Shown here in pieces: positions 29,592 to 38,722 of a stretch of DNA of 51,934 bases (the first letter of the stretch is position 1; each line of letters starts with the position of its first letter). The stretch comes from a virus. Taxonomy: Duplodnaviria; Caudoviricetes. The translations under genes were made by a program, and so were the position numbers. The notes beneath the pieces are model-generated. The model worked only from the letters and a program-made list of their open reading frames with translations, searched no databases and was not told the origin of the DNA. The DNA lies in the IMG/VR virus record IMGVR_UViG_3300048590_000302, positions 1 through 51,934 of that record, one strand, 5' to 3'.

Positions 29592-29944
29592 TGATTCCAG
29601 TCAAACTCGCAGAACCAATTCCTTTATTTGTGGCCGTGAGTGACGAGGTTACGACCTATGTTGTGAAGGCACGCATTTTCACACTGAACCCATACACCGA
29701 GATTGAGGCTGCGCTGGCTCTTTCTCTTATTGCTGCTAGTCCCGGCTACTATGCGAGCACGGCTGTCGATATGCCTGACAGCCCTATTGTGCATGCGGTG
29801 TTTTCCATCTACGAGGCGGACGGCACGACGCTTGTTACGAAGGCTGAGGAGACGTACAGTCTTTCGCGTTCTTCGATCGGTGGAGGCGAGCTTATCGGCA
29901 TTATTGAGGACGACAACCTTATCGGACAGATAACCTGCACATGA
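29591..29944 (+). CDS. Hypothetical structural protein (Ig-like?)
   Basis: Translationally coupled to the fibre gene; beta-strand pattern. Confidence 0.55.
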   Translation: MIPVKLAEPIPLFVAVSDEVTTYVVKARIFTLNPYTEIEAALALSLIAASPGYYASTAVDMPDSPIVHAVFSIYEADGTTLVTKAEETYSLSRSSIGGGELIGIIEDDNLIGQITCT

Positions 29945-29958
29945 AAGGAGTAGGCACC

Positions 29959-30306
29959 ATGGCTAAGACTCAGGGCGAGATCAGCCTCGTTCGCGGCGAG
30001 GATCGGATTGTGAAGTTTGCCATTCGTGACGACGAGGGAAGTCCTGTTGATCTCACCGCCTGCACCGAGATCACGGCGACGTTCAAGACGAAGACGAACA
30101 CGTTTGCAACGTGCAAGCTTACCGAAGGCGACATTGAGATTACGTCGGCGGCGGCAGGGACGTTTGAACTGACGCTTGATACGACGTTCACCGATGCCCT
30201 GGCCGAGGGTCAGCGGCTGGACTTTCAGGTGGATCTTACGATCTCCGGGAAGAAGTACAGTCTCAAGTATAAGCAGGCGCTCAACGTCGATGCGAAGCTC
30301 GGCTAG
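29959..30306 (+). CDS. BppU-N-like Ig-fold structural protein
   Basis: RGED..F...G.PVDLT...G.F.LTL...T..L; AAGGAG RBS. Confidence 0.6.
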   Translation: MAKTQGEISLVRGEDRIVKFAIRDDEGSPVDLTACTEITATFKTKTNTFATCKLTEGDIEITSAAAGTFELTLDTTFTDALAEGQRLDFQVDLTISGKKYSLKYKQALNVDAKLG

Positions 30307-30453
30307 TTTCCTGCGACGAGCCAGCGGACGACGGCTGCTGGCAGTGGCCATGCCTTTACGATACAATAGAGGGTAATCTTGGTGATGATCACCTGCAAGG
30401 CTCTGAAAGACAGTCTGAAGAGTCTTTCCCTCGACGAGCGATGGTGAGCGGTG

Positions 30454-30486
30454 AGCCGGTTGGAGAATTCCAGCCGGCTTTTTTTT
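30454..30486 (+). terminator. Intrinsic terminator ending the late operon
   Basis: AGCCGGTTGGA-gaat-TCCAGCCGGCT followed by a T run. Confidence 0.85.
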
Positions 30487-30489
30487 ATC

Positions 30490-30711
30490 CTATGCTTCTG
30501 CCTCAGCTTCCTCAAGGCGACGAATTTCATCTTCAATATAGAATATTGCCTTCTTCAGGTCCTGGATCTCTGTGTCCTTGCTTTTTCGACCTGCACGGGC
30601 AAGGTACTTGATTGCGTTGCCACGTTGAAAGTTTAGCTTCCAATCGTTGATGACGTCGATAACCTCAAATCGGCCCAGATTGTAATGCTTGGGATGCTCA
30701 ACGTGTTCCAT
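30490..30711 (-). CDS. DUF3310 (SaV-like) protein
   Basis: VEHPKHY..EVIDVI..F..GNAIKYL.RAG.K..QDLKKA.FY. Confidence 0.88.
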   Translation of the reverse strand: MEHVEHPKHYNLGRFEVIDVINDWKLNFQRGNAIKYLARAGRKSKDTEIQDLKKAIFYIEDEIRRLEEAEAEA

Positions 30712-30730
30712 GTCGTCGTCCTTTCTCTCT

Positions 30731-31024
30731 TTAGGTGGGGGTAAACTTGGGCAACCAACCGAAGCGCTCGGTATGTATTTGAGTTGTCTGAGGAAGATAC
30801 CACGGCATACCGCACCTATCGCACGCACACTTTGCTCCCTTCACTATTGATGGTCCCTCGAAGTGATCGGAGGTCATCCGATCGCCTTTGTTGAGTTGCT
30901 TGACGACTGTGGCGATGAACTGCTTGCAGTGGGGGCAGCATATTCTTGTGCCGACCTCCAGGAATGGTTTCTGGTCTGGTTCGTTACTGTAGACGCGCTG
31001 GACGACGCCTTGGGGTTCCGTCAT
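30731..31024 (-). CDS. Zinc-ribbon protein
   Basis: CPHC...CDRC. Confidence 0.7.
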   Translation of the reverse strand: MTEPQGVVQRVYSNEPDQKPFLEVGTRICCPHCKQFIATVVKQLNKGDRMTSDHFEGPSIVKGAKCACDRCGMPWYLPQTTQIHTERFGWLPKFTPT

Positions 31025-31120
31025 GGTGATGATCCTTGCAGCTTGCGGGCAAAAAAAAATTATTCCCGCTCATGATATCGCGACGGGCGAGGCAGGGAAA
31101 TGGCAGGTTTTCCGGTTTCC

Positions 31121-31339
31121 TTAGCGGAACATCTCGATGGCGAGGAGGATCGCGCCCGACACGGTTGCCGTCTGGGCGAAGTCCGCCGACACCGAAGCGG
31201 TTCCAAGGATGGCAACGGCGTAGGCGGCGGCCTTTCCGATGCTGTCCCAGACCTTCCGGCGACGGGCGCGTTTACGATCCTGGCTGCTCGATACGGTGTT
31301 GACGCTGTTGAACATATGCAGGTATAGGGCATCGCTCAT
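31121..31339 (-). CDS. Small predicted membrane protein
   Basis: Basic patch followed by two hydrophobic segments; GGAGA RBS. Confidence 0.5.
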   Translation of the reverse strand: MSDALYLHMFNSVNTVSSSQDRKRARRRKVWDSIGKAAAYAVAILGTASVSADFAQTATVSGAILLAIEMFR

Positions 31340-31517
31340 CTTCGGATCTCTCCCTGTCGTTGATAGCCAAATTGTCCCTCAAAGGTGACGTGTTTTTCCA
31401 CAGGTCTTTTTTGCCCTGTTGATAATACCGCCTGGTCGGATGGCCAATAGGCTGCTGTCACCCTGATACGGGGGGATTTCGCCAGGTCACTGCGTCTGTG
31501 GATAAGTCGGCAACCCA

Positions 31518-31673
31518 TCACCCGCCAAGCCCCCGATGCCATTCGCGGACGACGGCTGCTACGATTTTGATCACGGCCAGGACGGCTTCGGTCAGTACCG
31601 GGATTGAGATGGCGATAGCGAAGGTCACGACGGCCCGTTTCCGCCGCGGCGGAAGCTTGTTTTCGTCCTTCAT
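31518..31673 (-). CDS. 51-aa predicted membrane peptide (not in the ORF track)
   Basis: MKDENKLPPRRKRAVVTFAIAISIPVLTEAVLAVIKIVAAVVREWHRGLGG; GGGGA RBS. Confidence 0.5.
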   Translation of the reverse strand: MKDENKLPPRRKRAVVTFAIAISIPVLTEAVLAVIKIVAAVVREWHRGLGG

Positions 31674-31805
31674 AGGCGTTCCCCCTTCGTGTTCCGACTG
31701 TATGTCATATTGTACTACACATGAAAAAAGGCCCGCCCGTCGTATTCGGAGAGCGAGCCCGCAAGAGGGAGGGTCAGAATCGGCGTGGCCTTTGAGGCTA
31801 TGGTA

Positions 31806-32255
31806 TCAGGCTTCCGGTGGGCATTCGCTGCCGCTTCCCTCCGGTGGCTTTGGCTGATCCCACCAGGGCTTGAAGCGTTCGATTTCATCGACGGTGGGCA
31901 TCGTCCCGGTGAAGAGAATTGCGCGATCGTCGATCGTGAGAAAGGCCGGTGGCTTCTCCGCAGCGATCGACACGCAGCCCGATATGCCCCACTCTTCGAG
32001 GGCTTTCGCCACGGCCTCACGCCCTTCGTCGGTCGAGGCTCGCGACGTGTGGACGACGATTTGATAGTGTGAGGCGTGGATTCTTATCCATTCGATTGTT
32101 GCCTTAACTGGACCGCCGTCGATGACGGTGGGTCCTTTCCATCGCCGGTAATTGTGAATCACGCCGTCGAAGTCGAGGCATATCAGTTTTCTCATCATTC
32201 CGTTCTCGCGCCTTTTCTTTGGGGCCTTCGTTGTCAGGCCGAGGATTACGGTCAT
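31806..32255 (-). CDS. HAD-family phosphatase/nucleotidase-like protein
   Basis: CLDFDGVIH, HTSR, KPPA..IDDRA. Confidence 0.85.
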   Translation of the reverse strand: MTVILGLTTKAPKKRRENGMMRKLICLDFDGVIHNYRRWKGPTVIDGGPVKATIEWIRIHASHYQIVVHTSRASTDEGREAVAKALEEWGISGCVSIAAEKPPAFLTIDDRAILFTGTMPTVDEIERFKPWWDQPKPPEGSGSECPPEA

Positions 32256-32473
32256 AGCTCCTTCCTTCCGCTGTCGAACTCCTGCTTTGATATCTGCTTC
32301 CACCATGTAATTACGATGTCCTCTGCCGATGGTCGGAAGAATTCGTTTCTGATGTTCTTCAGAATCGCTTCCTTGGCCTTGGCAATGTGAAAGTAGTCCA
32401 CATTCGACGAGAAGCAGCAGTCGCCTATGTCAATTCCTGGAGCCTTGTAGTTGACGAACCAGTAGGTTTCCAT
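32252..32473 (-). CDS. Hypothetical protein
   Basis: Tightly packed in the leftward operon. Confidence 0.65.
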   Translation of the reverse strand: METYWFVNYKAPGIDIGDCCFSSNVDYFHIAKAKEAILKNIRNEFFRPSAEDIVITWWKQISKQEFDSGRKEL

Positions 32474-32854
32474 TCAGAAGACCTCACCTTCCGGCAGCGG
32501 GTGGGCGCCATCGCTGGTTATCTCCACATTCATCCTCGGGACAAATTGCATCGACGACGACACGACTCCTGCCATCCATACCGTTCGCATATAGAGCCAG
32601 CCATCCTCGACCGGAATGCGTTTCAACGTCTCGCCGTTATGTCCCTTGATGGAGCGATAGCAGAGCTGCGGGGCATGGGTGCCGAAGAGCTTTCTCATCT
32701 CCTTGACGTCGTCCATGAATTCGATATCGGCCATCCATTCGCGGAGTTCATCGACGTACTCCTCGACGCCCTTTGTCCCGAGGAGGTCGAAGTCTTTTTT
32801 GATGGCCCATGTTCTCTTCAGCTTATCGAGCTGTTCACGATTTAGCTTGGTCAT
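32474..32854 (-). CDS. Hypothetical protein
   Basis: Tightly packed; RIPVEDGWL...MQFVP. Confidence 0.65.
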   Translation of the reverse strand: MTKLNREQLDKLKRTWAIKKDFDLLGTKGVEEYVDELREWMADIEFMDDVKEMRKLFGTHAPQLCYRSIKGHNGETLKRIPVEDGWLYMRTVWMAGVVSSSMQFVPRMNVEITSDGAHPLPEGEVF

Positions 32855-33071
32855 TGCCTTCCTCCCATGACGAGAGCGAGCATTCCATCGTCTCGGTTAT
32901 CTCTCCTACGCCTCTTGTTTCTCTGTAGGTGATTGTGAATGGTGTAGCTCTCTGATTCACAAGGAATTGGAAGGCGATTTGCACGGCCTTCATCATCTCC
33001 AGCCGTTCAAGCCTCTTCTCCCTTCTCTCTTCTTCTTTCATGTCTTTCGTTCCTGTCCCTTCAGTGTCCAT
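32835..33071 (-). CDS. Hypothetical protein
   Basis: GAGG RBS, operon packing. Confidence 0.6.
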   Translation of the reverse strand: MDTEGTGTKDMKEEERREKRLERLEMMKAVQIAFQFLVNQRATPFTITYRETRGVGEITETMECSLSSWEEGNDQAKS

Positions 33072-33415
33072 GATCGTATCCTCTTTAGTTGGTAGATGAC
33101 TTCGCACGTCGGCGGGAATCCATCAAGGATGTTGGCCATTCTGTTTCTTGCAACGATGGCCTGCCTGAGCGATTGACTGACACGGGTCCTGGCTTCGCTC
33201 TTTGCCCTCATCCAGTCCTGCCTTGTCAGGCCGATGATGTTTTCCTCGATCTCGTTAATCATCATTCGATTCTTCTGATGTTCGTCTGAGTTTGGTTCCA
33301 GATGCTGGTCGATGTGGAAGTCGAGCCATGCGACGAGCGCCTGGAGAAACGCCGCCCCCTGCTCCCTTCCCCCGCGCGTGATGAAGTTCATAAGGAATTC
33401 CTCGTGGGATTTCAC
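33038..33415 (-). CDS. Hypothetical protein
   Basis: GTG start overlapping the upstream TGA; GGAGG RBS. Confidence 0.6.
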   Translation of the reverse strand: MKSHEEFLMNFITRGGREQGAAFLQALVAWLDFHIDQHLEPNSDEHQKNRMMINEIEENIIGLTRQDWMRAKSEARTRVSQSLRQAIVARNRMANILDGFPPTCEVIYQLKRIRSWTLKGQERKT

Positions 33416-33711
33416 AGCTCGTCCTCCCTGCCGAGATCGGCACCGCTTATTCCGAAGCGTTCCAGCGTCTCCCATAGCTCGCAGTCGGCACCGATCCATC
33501 CACCGAAGGTCTTTGCACCGCCAAGCTTAAATCCAAGCTCGACGAATCTGAGGATGGTTTTCTTGTCGATCTGCATGGAGCTGACGGGCCTTGCCTGCAT
33601 CTTCTCGATGGCGTCCAGCCATTCCTGGCGGTCCTTTCGCTTGGCACTGGCCGGTCTGGTTATGTCGCGAATATGGTCGATCTGTGATCGTGTGATAATG
33701 AATTCGTCCAT
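33412..33711 (-). CDS. Hypothetical protein
   Basis: AGGA RBS before ATG 33711. Confidence 0.6.
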   Translation of the reverse strand: MDEFIITRSQIDHIRDITRPASAKRKDRQEWLDAIEKMQARPVSSMQIDKKTILRFVELGFKLGGAKTFGGWIGADCELWETLERFGISGADLGREDEL

Positions 33712-33722
33712 GTGTGTCCTGG

Positions 33723-33748
33723 AAAGAAAAGGCCCCCTTTCGGAGGCC
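33723..33748 (-). terminator. Intrinsic terminator after recT
   Basis: GGCCTCC-GAAA-GGGGGCC followed by TTTTCTTT on the minus strand. Confidence 0.65.
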
Positions 33749-33761
33749 ATGAAGGAAGTCG

Positions 33762-34661
33762 TTATGTGGCCGGCTGCTTCTGAGGTGTTTCAGCCGTCAT
33801 ATCTATCGTGTCATCGGCAAGTATGTCTTCGAGTTCATTTCCGCTGGAGGCTCCCGACCGTGCCCCCTGCTGTTGCCCCATCGGCAGCTTGTCGAGGAGG
33901 CCGGCGTCTTTCGCGACCTGGGCCATGTTCGTTCCTGGTGCTTCGTCCTCGCGATCGTGCATGGTGAGGTCGTTGATTTCCGGGCTCTTCGGCAGCGACT
34001 TGTAGAGACGACGGACGACGGTCTTTCTCGCCATCTGGTCCCAGTGGTCGGTCCATGGAATCGACTTCTTGCCCTTGCGCATCTTCTGCTCGTTTCGATC
34101 GACCTGGTCCTTCGTCATGACCTCAATGATGGTGCCGCCGCCCTTGATCTTGGCCATGGCGTAGACGAGTTTGATGTTCGTCTCGTTCATGTCGGTGTTC
34201 TCGTAGTTTTTCTTGTGGCGGAAGACGATTCCATCGTGGGTCACTTCATGCTGAAAGTCGTCGTTGTGATAGACGACGTCCGACATGATGTACTCGACCT
34301 TTCCCGAGCGCATGGCGATGTCGATCATGCCTTGATAGCCGATTTGCATGGTGACTTCGTTGCCGTATGGAATCAGATACGCCTGGCCGAGTCCTGCGCC
34401 TGGTTCCAGGCCGAGCTGGGCGGCTTTCAGGATGGCCCCGAAGAAGGAGGCTGGATTGTTTTCCGCTGTTCTCGCGAGGGTCGGGTTCATCCGCAGCTCG
34501 GTCAGGGCAATGCGGGCCATGCGATCGGGGTTGATGTGTTTCGGCAGGGCAGCGCCGATCTGGTCCTTGTACTTGATAAGCATCTGGTCGGGACGCATCG
34601 GGGCAACGGCCTGAGTGTTTGCTGGACGGCTGCCGCCGCTAAATGTTGGTGCCTGGGCCAT
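33762..34661 (-). CDS. recT: RecT-family single-strand annealing recombinase
   Basis: LPKH..DRMARIA, AAQLGLEP..LGQAYLIPY, IGYQG, PW..H.DQMARKTV.RRL.K.LP. Confidence 0.95.
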   Translation of the reverse strand: MAQAPTFSGGSRPANTQAVAPMRPDQMLIKYKDQIGAALPKHINPDRMARIALTELRMNPTLARTAENNPASFFGAILKAAQLGLEPGAGLGQAYLIPYGNEVTMQIGYQGMIDIAMRSGKVEYIMSDVVYHNDDFQHEVTHDGIVFRHKKNYENTDMNETNIKLVYAMAKIKGGGTIIEVMTKDQVDRNEQKMRKGKKSIPWTDHWDQMARKTVVRRLYKSLPKSPEINDLTMHDREDEAPGTNMAQVAKDAGLLDKLPMGQQQGARSGASSGNELEDILADDTIDMTAETPQKQPAT

Positions 34662-34673
34662 GTGGTCGTTCCT

Positions 34674-34805
34674 TTATTGCTTGATGTTGAGATTCAGCCA
34701 CTTGTGCCCGGTGAGCATCAAGGGTTCAATCATGCTTACATGATATTTCTCGCGGCGCCTCTTGCGTCTTCGGAGAATCCACGTTAGGATTTTCTTACGG
34801 ATCAT
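34674..34805 (-). CDS. 43-aa basic peptide (not in the ORF track)
   Basis: MIRKKILTWILRRRKRRREK...; preceded by the CTTGGAGAGTA motif. Confidence 0.5.
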   Translation of the reverse strand: MIRKKILTWILRRRKRRREKYHVSMIEPLMLTGHKWLNLNIKQ

Positions 34806-35123
34806 TGATTACTCTCCAAGTAAGACTTTGACACTCCGTACCGAAGCCCGCCATGACTAACCACCTTGGCGGGTTTTCACGTTTCCGGGCTTCGTCGGCA
34901 CTCCCACTCTTCCTTGTCATTCTGATATCCTTTTAAGGTGACTCCCGCGACGTTTGACTTCCTCCTCTTGGCGGAACTCTGTAAGCAGCGTCACGCGGTT
35001 TCACGTCGAACTCAAGGTGGTGGGGTTCACTGGGAAGTCCATTACACGGTAGCTTCGTCGCCTCCGTGCCCTTTGAATCCCATCACCCCCGACGACGACA
35101 AGGTCTGCCTTTCATTCCCCTAC

Positions 35124-35945
35124 TTAAACGACGAGCCCGAGATCTTCGAGCCGTCGCAATTCCTCCTGAAGCTCTCTTTCCTCGTGTGGCGTAATCCTGA
35201 TCTCGTCAACCTCGAACGAATAGCCTGGCCATTCCTTTGATGCCATGCAGTCGCGATAGAGGTCGATGGCCTTTCGACAGTGGACGTACCACGCATAGTC
35301 AATCAGCGTCTGATCGGGCGACATGATCTTTGCGCAGTAGGGTTCCTCCATCTCGATGACGAGGAAGTAGACCTTTCTTCGGATACCGTCGTGGATTTCC
35401 GCCACGCGCTGATACCAAGCGGCCTGGATGTGGTAGCCGTAGAGGCGGAATTTCTTTTTGAAGTTGTCGGCCTTCTTAATGTACTCGCCGAACTCGGAGG
35501 AGGTTTTCACGTCGAGGATCATGCGCGGGTTTATGAAGTCGTAGAGGGCCTTTCCCGGAACGCCATCGACCTCGACATAGATGTCTTTCTCGCGCTCACC
35601 GGGAAGGCCGAGGAACTTGCAGATTTTGTTGTTCTGAAGAACCTTCTGCGCGACCTTGCAGGCAATATCGTACTCTTCCTGAGTGAGGATGAATTTCTTC
35701 GGGTGAAGCAGGCGGAACTTGTCGGCTGACTTCGTCGTCAGGGATTTTCCTGGGAAGACCTCGACCTCGTCGCGGATGACTTCGGGAGTCAGCAGAATAT
35801 AGTGGACCATCTCGCCAATGCGGAGGGACTTGGAGCCCTTGTGCTCCTTCTTTCTCCAGGTGATATAGTGCTCGGGGCTCTGCATGAGTTGTTTGATGCC
35901 TGAGTTGCTGAGCGCTTCTCGGGAATAGTATTCGGGCTTAAGCAT
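35124..35945 (-). CDS. RecE/ExoVIII-like PD-(D/E)XK exonuclease (DUF3799-like)
   Basis: LSNSGIK...SP, G..VH..LL.P, KALYD...DVKT, YGYHIQAAWY; upstream of recT. Confidence 0.88.
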   Translation of the reverse strand: MLKPEYYSREALSNSGIKQLMQSPEHYITWRKKEHKGSKSLRIGEMVHYILLTPEVIRDEVEVFPGKSLTTKSADKFRLLHPKKFILTQEEYDIACKVAQKVLQNNKICKFLGLPGEREKDIYVEVDGVPGKALYDFINPRMILDVKTSSEFGEYIKKADNFKKKFRLYGYHIQAAWYQRVAEIHDGIRRKVYFLVIEMEEPYCAKIMSPDQTLIDYAWYVHCRKAIDLYRDCMASKEWPGYSFEVDEIRITPHEERELQEELRRLEDLGLVV

Positions 35946-36247
35946 TTACTCTCCAAGTAAGACCTTATCATTCCAGCGTTATCCCATGAGGCTAACCACA
36001 ACCTCAAGAAATAGTTCTTCGTAACAAGCTACATCGCTTGTTATTCCATAAAATTGGCAAAAGCACAAGAGGAATCATCACCCACATAACACAGGCTAGA
36101 CAAGCGCCATGGCGGATAGACCACCCATACGCCGCGACCATCAAGGACCATGAAACGACAAAACCCCAAGCGCCTTGGCACTCAGGGTTTATGACTTTGA
36201 TGATTTTAACTATGCGTGAATCGTCAGGACGATTCGACCATGTGAGC

Positions 36248-36481
36248 TTATTCGTCGCGAAGCTTCGCATCAAGCATATTTGCAAGGTCGCGCTCCGTTA
36301 TGTGACGGCTGCCGGATCGCTGCGAGGTGAAGCACTTTTCGCAGAGGATGTCCTTCCAGTCGGGCTGCCAGTCGTCGCGGCCTGTCTTATATGCAAGCTC
36401 CCGCGCCACGCGAAGATCGTGCGTATGGGCCTTTGTCAGGCGCTTCTTGCAGCAGGGGCATGAGGTCGGCAGTCGCTTCAT
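36248..36481 (-). CDS. Small zinc-finger protein
   Basis: CPCC...CEKC; AGGAGACGACGAC before ATG. Confidence 0.7.
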   Translation of the reverse strand: MKRLPTSCPCCKKRLTKAHTHDLRVARELAYKTGRDDWQPDWKDILCEKCFTSQRSGSRHITERDLANMLDAKLRDE

Positions 36482-36594
36482 GTCGTCGTCTCCTATGGGG
36501 CTTTCCCTTATCGTACATCATGTACGGGCCGGCATCCTCTACCCATCGTTTCCGTATAGAATATGCCTGCGTGCATACACAGAGGAGATGCCAA

Positions 36595-36840
36595 ATGAAG
36601 GACATGATTATAGAGTGGATCGTCGATATCGTTCTGAGAAACCTCGAACCTCACGTTATCCGGGAACTGGCCCGCAAGCTCCAGTGCGTGATGGCTCCCA
36701 TCGTTCGCGAGCACAAGGACGAGATCTTTGCCCGTCTGCATGCGAAGGCGCTGGAGACGGACACTGTGATCGACGACGCCGTTTATCAGGCGCTTGACGC
36801 ATTCATCGACCAACTGCTTCCCGAGACATGCGAAGCCTGA
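36595..36840 (+). CDS. Small helical protein on the strand opposite to its neighbours
   Basis: GAGGAG RBS, ATG 36595, TDTVIDD motif. Confidence 0.7.
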   Translation: MKDMIIEWIVDIVLRNLEPHVIRELARKLQCVMAPIVREHKDEIFARLHAKALETDTVIDDAVYQALDAFIDQLLPETCEA

Positions 36841-36875
36841 AAAAGAAAAGACCGGGGAGTTCTGCACCCGGTCTT
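36840..36875 (-). terminator. Intrinsic terminator (minus strand, possibly bidirectional)
   Basis: AGACCGGG/CCCGGTCT hairpin with an A-tract on its left side. Confidence 0.6.
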
Positions 36876-37060
36876 CCTGTCTAGCGCTATCTCGTTGTTG
36901 TTTCTCTTCCACCGATATCCTGTCAGGAACTTCCCGCCATCGTACTGACAGCGAACGAGGGAGTCAGGCAGACTTTCCCTGTCAGCAGGTCGCGTCGGTG
37001 GGCTGCGGCTCCTGCTGCTTATTTTCCTACCTCAATCCTCGAACCTCTTCAAGACTTTTC

Positions 37061-37336
37061 TCATTCCAGCTCTCTGATATCCGGGATATTCGCCGCTATC
37101 GCCTCGCGGATGAGCTTTCTCTCCCAGTCGCCCAGCACCCGCTTCTGCTCGTCGGCGGCCATTCTTTCCCCATCGACGAAGAGCCTGTGCGTGGAATCGA
37201 AGAAGGTCCAGCGTCCCCGGCTTTCATCCTCGGGGCGAATCTCATGCTCGAATGTGTAGTAGACTTCGAGGGAGTATGTTTTCCCGTCGTCCACGAATTC
37301 AATTAGCCTGTCGATTGTTTTTAGTGTTGGCTTCAT
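37061..37336 (-). CDS. Hypothetical protein
   Basis: GAGGA RBS before MKPTLK. Confidence 0.65.
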   Translation of the reverse strand: MKPTLKTIDRLIEFVDDGKTYSLEVYYTFEHEIRPEDESRGRWTFFDSTHRLFVDGERMAADEQKRVLGDWERKLIREAIAANIPDIRELE

Positions 37337-37742
37337 TCTTCCTCGCCCTTTCTCTTGCCTGCTTGATGTCCTTGCACAGCTCGCGATACTTCGGCAGCCA
37401 CGGCCCAAAGTGGTTCGTCAGCATGTTCCATCGTTTGGCGTCGTTCCATGTATAGAACGTGACATCGACCACCTGACGACCTCTGTAGTAGTCGGTTTTC
37501 TCCACCTCGTAGCAACAGAACTCTCCCGCATGTTCACCGTCGAGCACGATGCCGAAGTCGAAGCACGAGCTGTTTGCCTCCAGCCATGCGTGAGCATAGC
37601 GCTCGCCCGTATCTTCGTGAATCAATATTCCGTGCGCCATCACGTATTCGTTTGTCCACTGTCGTTTCTTGTCTTCCTTCACGAGCCTCTGAAATTCATC
37701 CAGGGCATTGTCGAAGCACTTTCCTGTTGGTCCTATTCTCAC
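37299..37742 (-). CDS. Transglutaminase/papain-like fold protein (tentative)
   Basis: CFDNA...HG...HAWLE...D pattern. Confidence 0.5.
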   Translation of the reverse strand: MRIGPTGKCFDNALDEFQRLVKEDKKRQWTNEYVMAHGILIHEDTGERYAHAWLEANSSCFDFGIVLDGEHAGEFCCYEVEKTDYYRGRQVVDVTFYTWNDAKRWNMLTNHFGPWLPKYRELCKDIKQARERARKNEANTKNNRQAN

Positions 37743-38722
37743 TGCATGGCCTCCTGCTGACCCATATCGTATTCGATTGGCTTCGTTTTCCTGCGCTGCC
37801 TGATGTGTTCCCTTACCAGTACAGCCTTGTATTCCTTTCGCCCTGGTCCGACCGGCTGCATGCGAATGAATGGCTCCACGCCCCAGGCATCGACGAACGA
37901 CTGACGATCTTTCTTCCAGTTGTAGCCGATGATCTTGAAGGGATGCTCGGCGAATTCCTTGTGCGCACGGACGGGCTTTGTGCTGGTCGGTGTCTGGTAT
38001 CTAATTGCATTTCTATGCTCGCGCATGTCGGGGTTGCCCGATTCGATATAGACCATCATCTTGAGGGCGAGCATCACGATTTCATTGTATTCCGTACCAT
38101 GGCTGGTGGTTTCCACCAGGATTGGCCCTGCCGATGGCCTCATGAGTCGCGTGGCTATTTTCACATCGTCCTCGTCGTCCTCTCCGAAGAAGATCATGAA
38201 GGTTTCTATTCCATGGGTGCCCCACGGGATGCTGGCGGCGAACATTTCCGTGACCCTGATATCACCGTGCTTATCCATTGACGGCGTTATGATCGGTTCG
38301 GGGAACCTGACACACATCGCGGTAAACGCCGGCACCATCGACCAGTCGAGATTCTTCAGGCGGGCCTTTCTCAATATCCTGAAGAAGTCCTTCGCGACGA
38401 CGTAGAAGTCGGGATTTGACAGATGAGCGAAGAGCATGGGCCTGAAGTATTCCATCTTTCTTGCTTCGTCAGACATGGCGTTGACTATCTGAGATCCATA
38501 GCTCTCAATTTTAAAATCAAGCCATCCAAGATCAACGATCTTATCGGCAAACCTCGCCGCGAATTCAATAAGATCATCCGTCTCCGCTATCATCATCTTT
38601 TCTTCGTCGTTGACGAACTCCCACATGGCATGAGCCATCGCCACGTCGAGGATGTCAGACTTTTTCGTTGGGCGTCGTATCTTCTCTATCTTGAACTTCT
38701 TTTCCATTGGATGTTCAATCAT
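37739..38722 (-). CDS. Phage protein of unknown function
   Basis: 327 aa; C-terminal W.V..FIRMQPVGPGR..K...VREH motif of a type common in phage proteins. Confidence 0.75.
   Translation of the reverse strand: MIEHPMEKKFKIEKIRRPTKKSDILDVAMAHAMWEFVNDEEKMMIAETDDLIEFAARFADKIVDLGWLDFKIESYGSQIVNAMSDEARKMEYFRPMLFAHLSNPDFYVVAKDFFRILRKARLKNLDWSMVPAFTAMCVRFPEPIITPSMDKHGDIRVTEMFAASIPWGTHGIETFMIFFGEDDEDDVKIATRLMRPSAGPILVETTSHGTEYNEIVMLALKMMVYIESGNPDMREHRNAIRYQTPTSTKPVRAHKEFAEHPFKIIGYNWKKDRQSFVDAWGVEPFIRMQPVGPGRKEYKAVLVREHIRQRRKTKPIEYDMGQQEAMQ

Noticed and set aside
30395-30440. Hammerhead ribozyme (CTGAAGA)
   Set aside because: Stem II is followed by GAGC rather than GAAA, and the other stems do not fit
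548-34787. Long antisense ORFs (e.g. 548-1396, 8305-9363, 14374-15387, 26131-27138, 33873-34787)
   Set aside because: Shadows of well-supported genes in GC-rich DNA; no motifs
35010-35095. tmRNA/tRNA-like 5' end GGGGGTGATGGGATTC on the minus strand
   Set aside because: No T-arm (GTTCRA) with a matching acceptor stem
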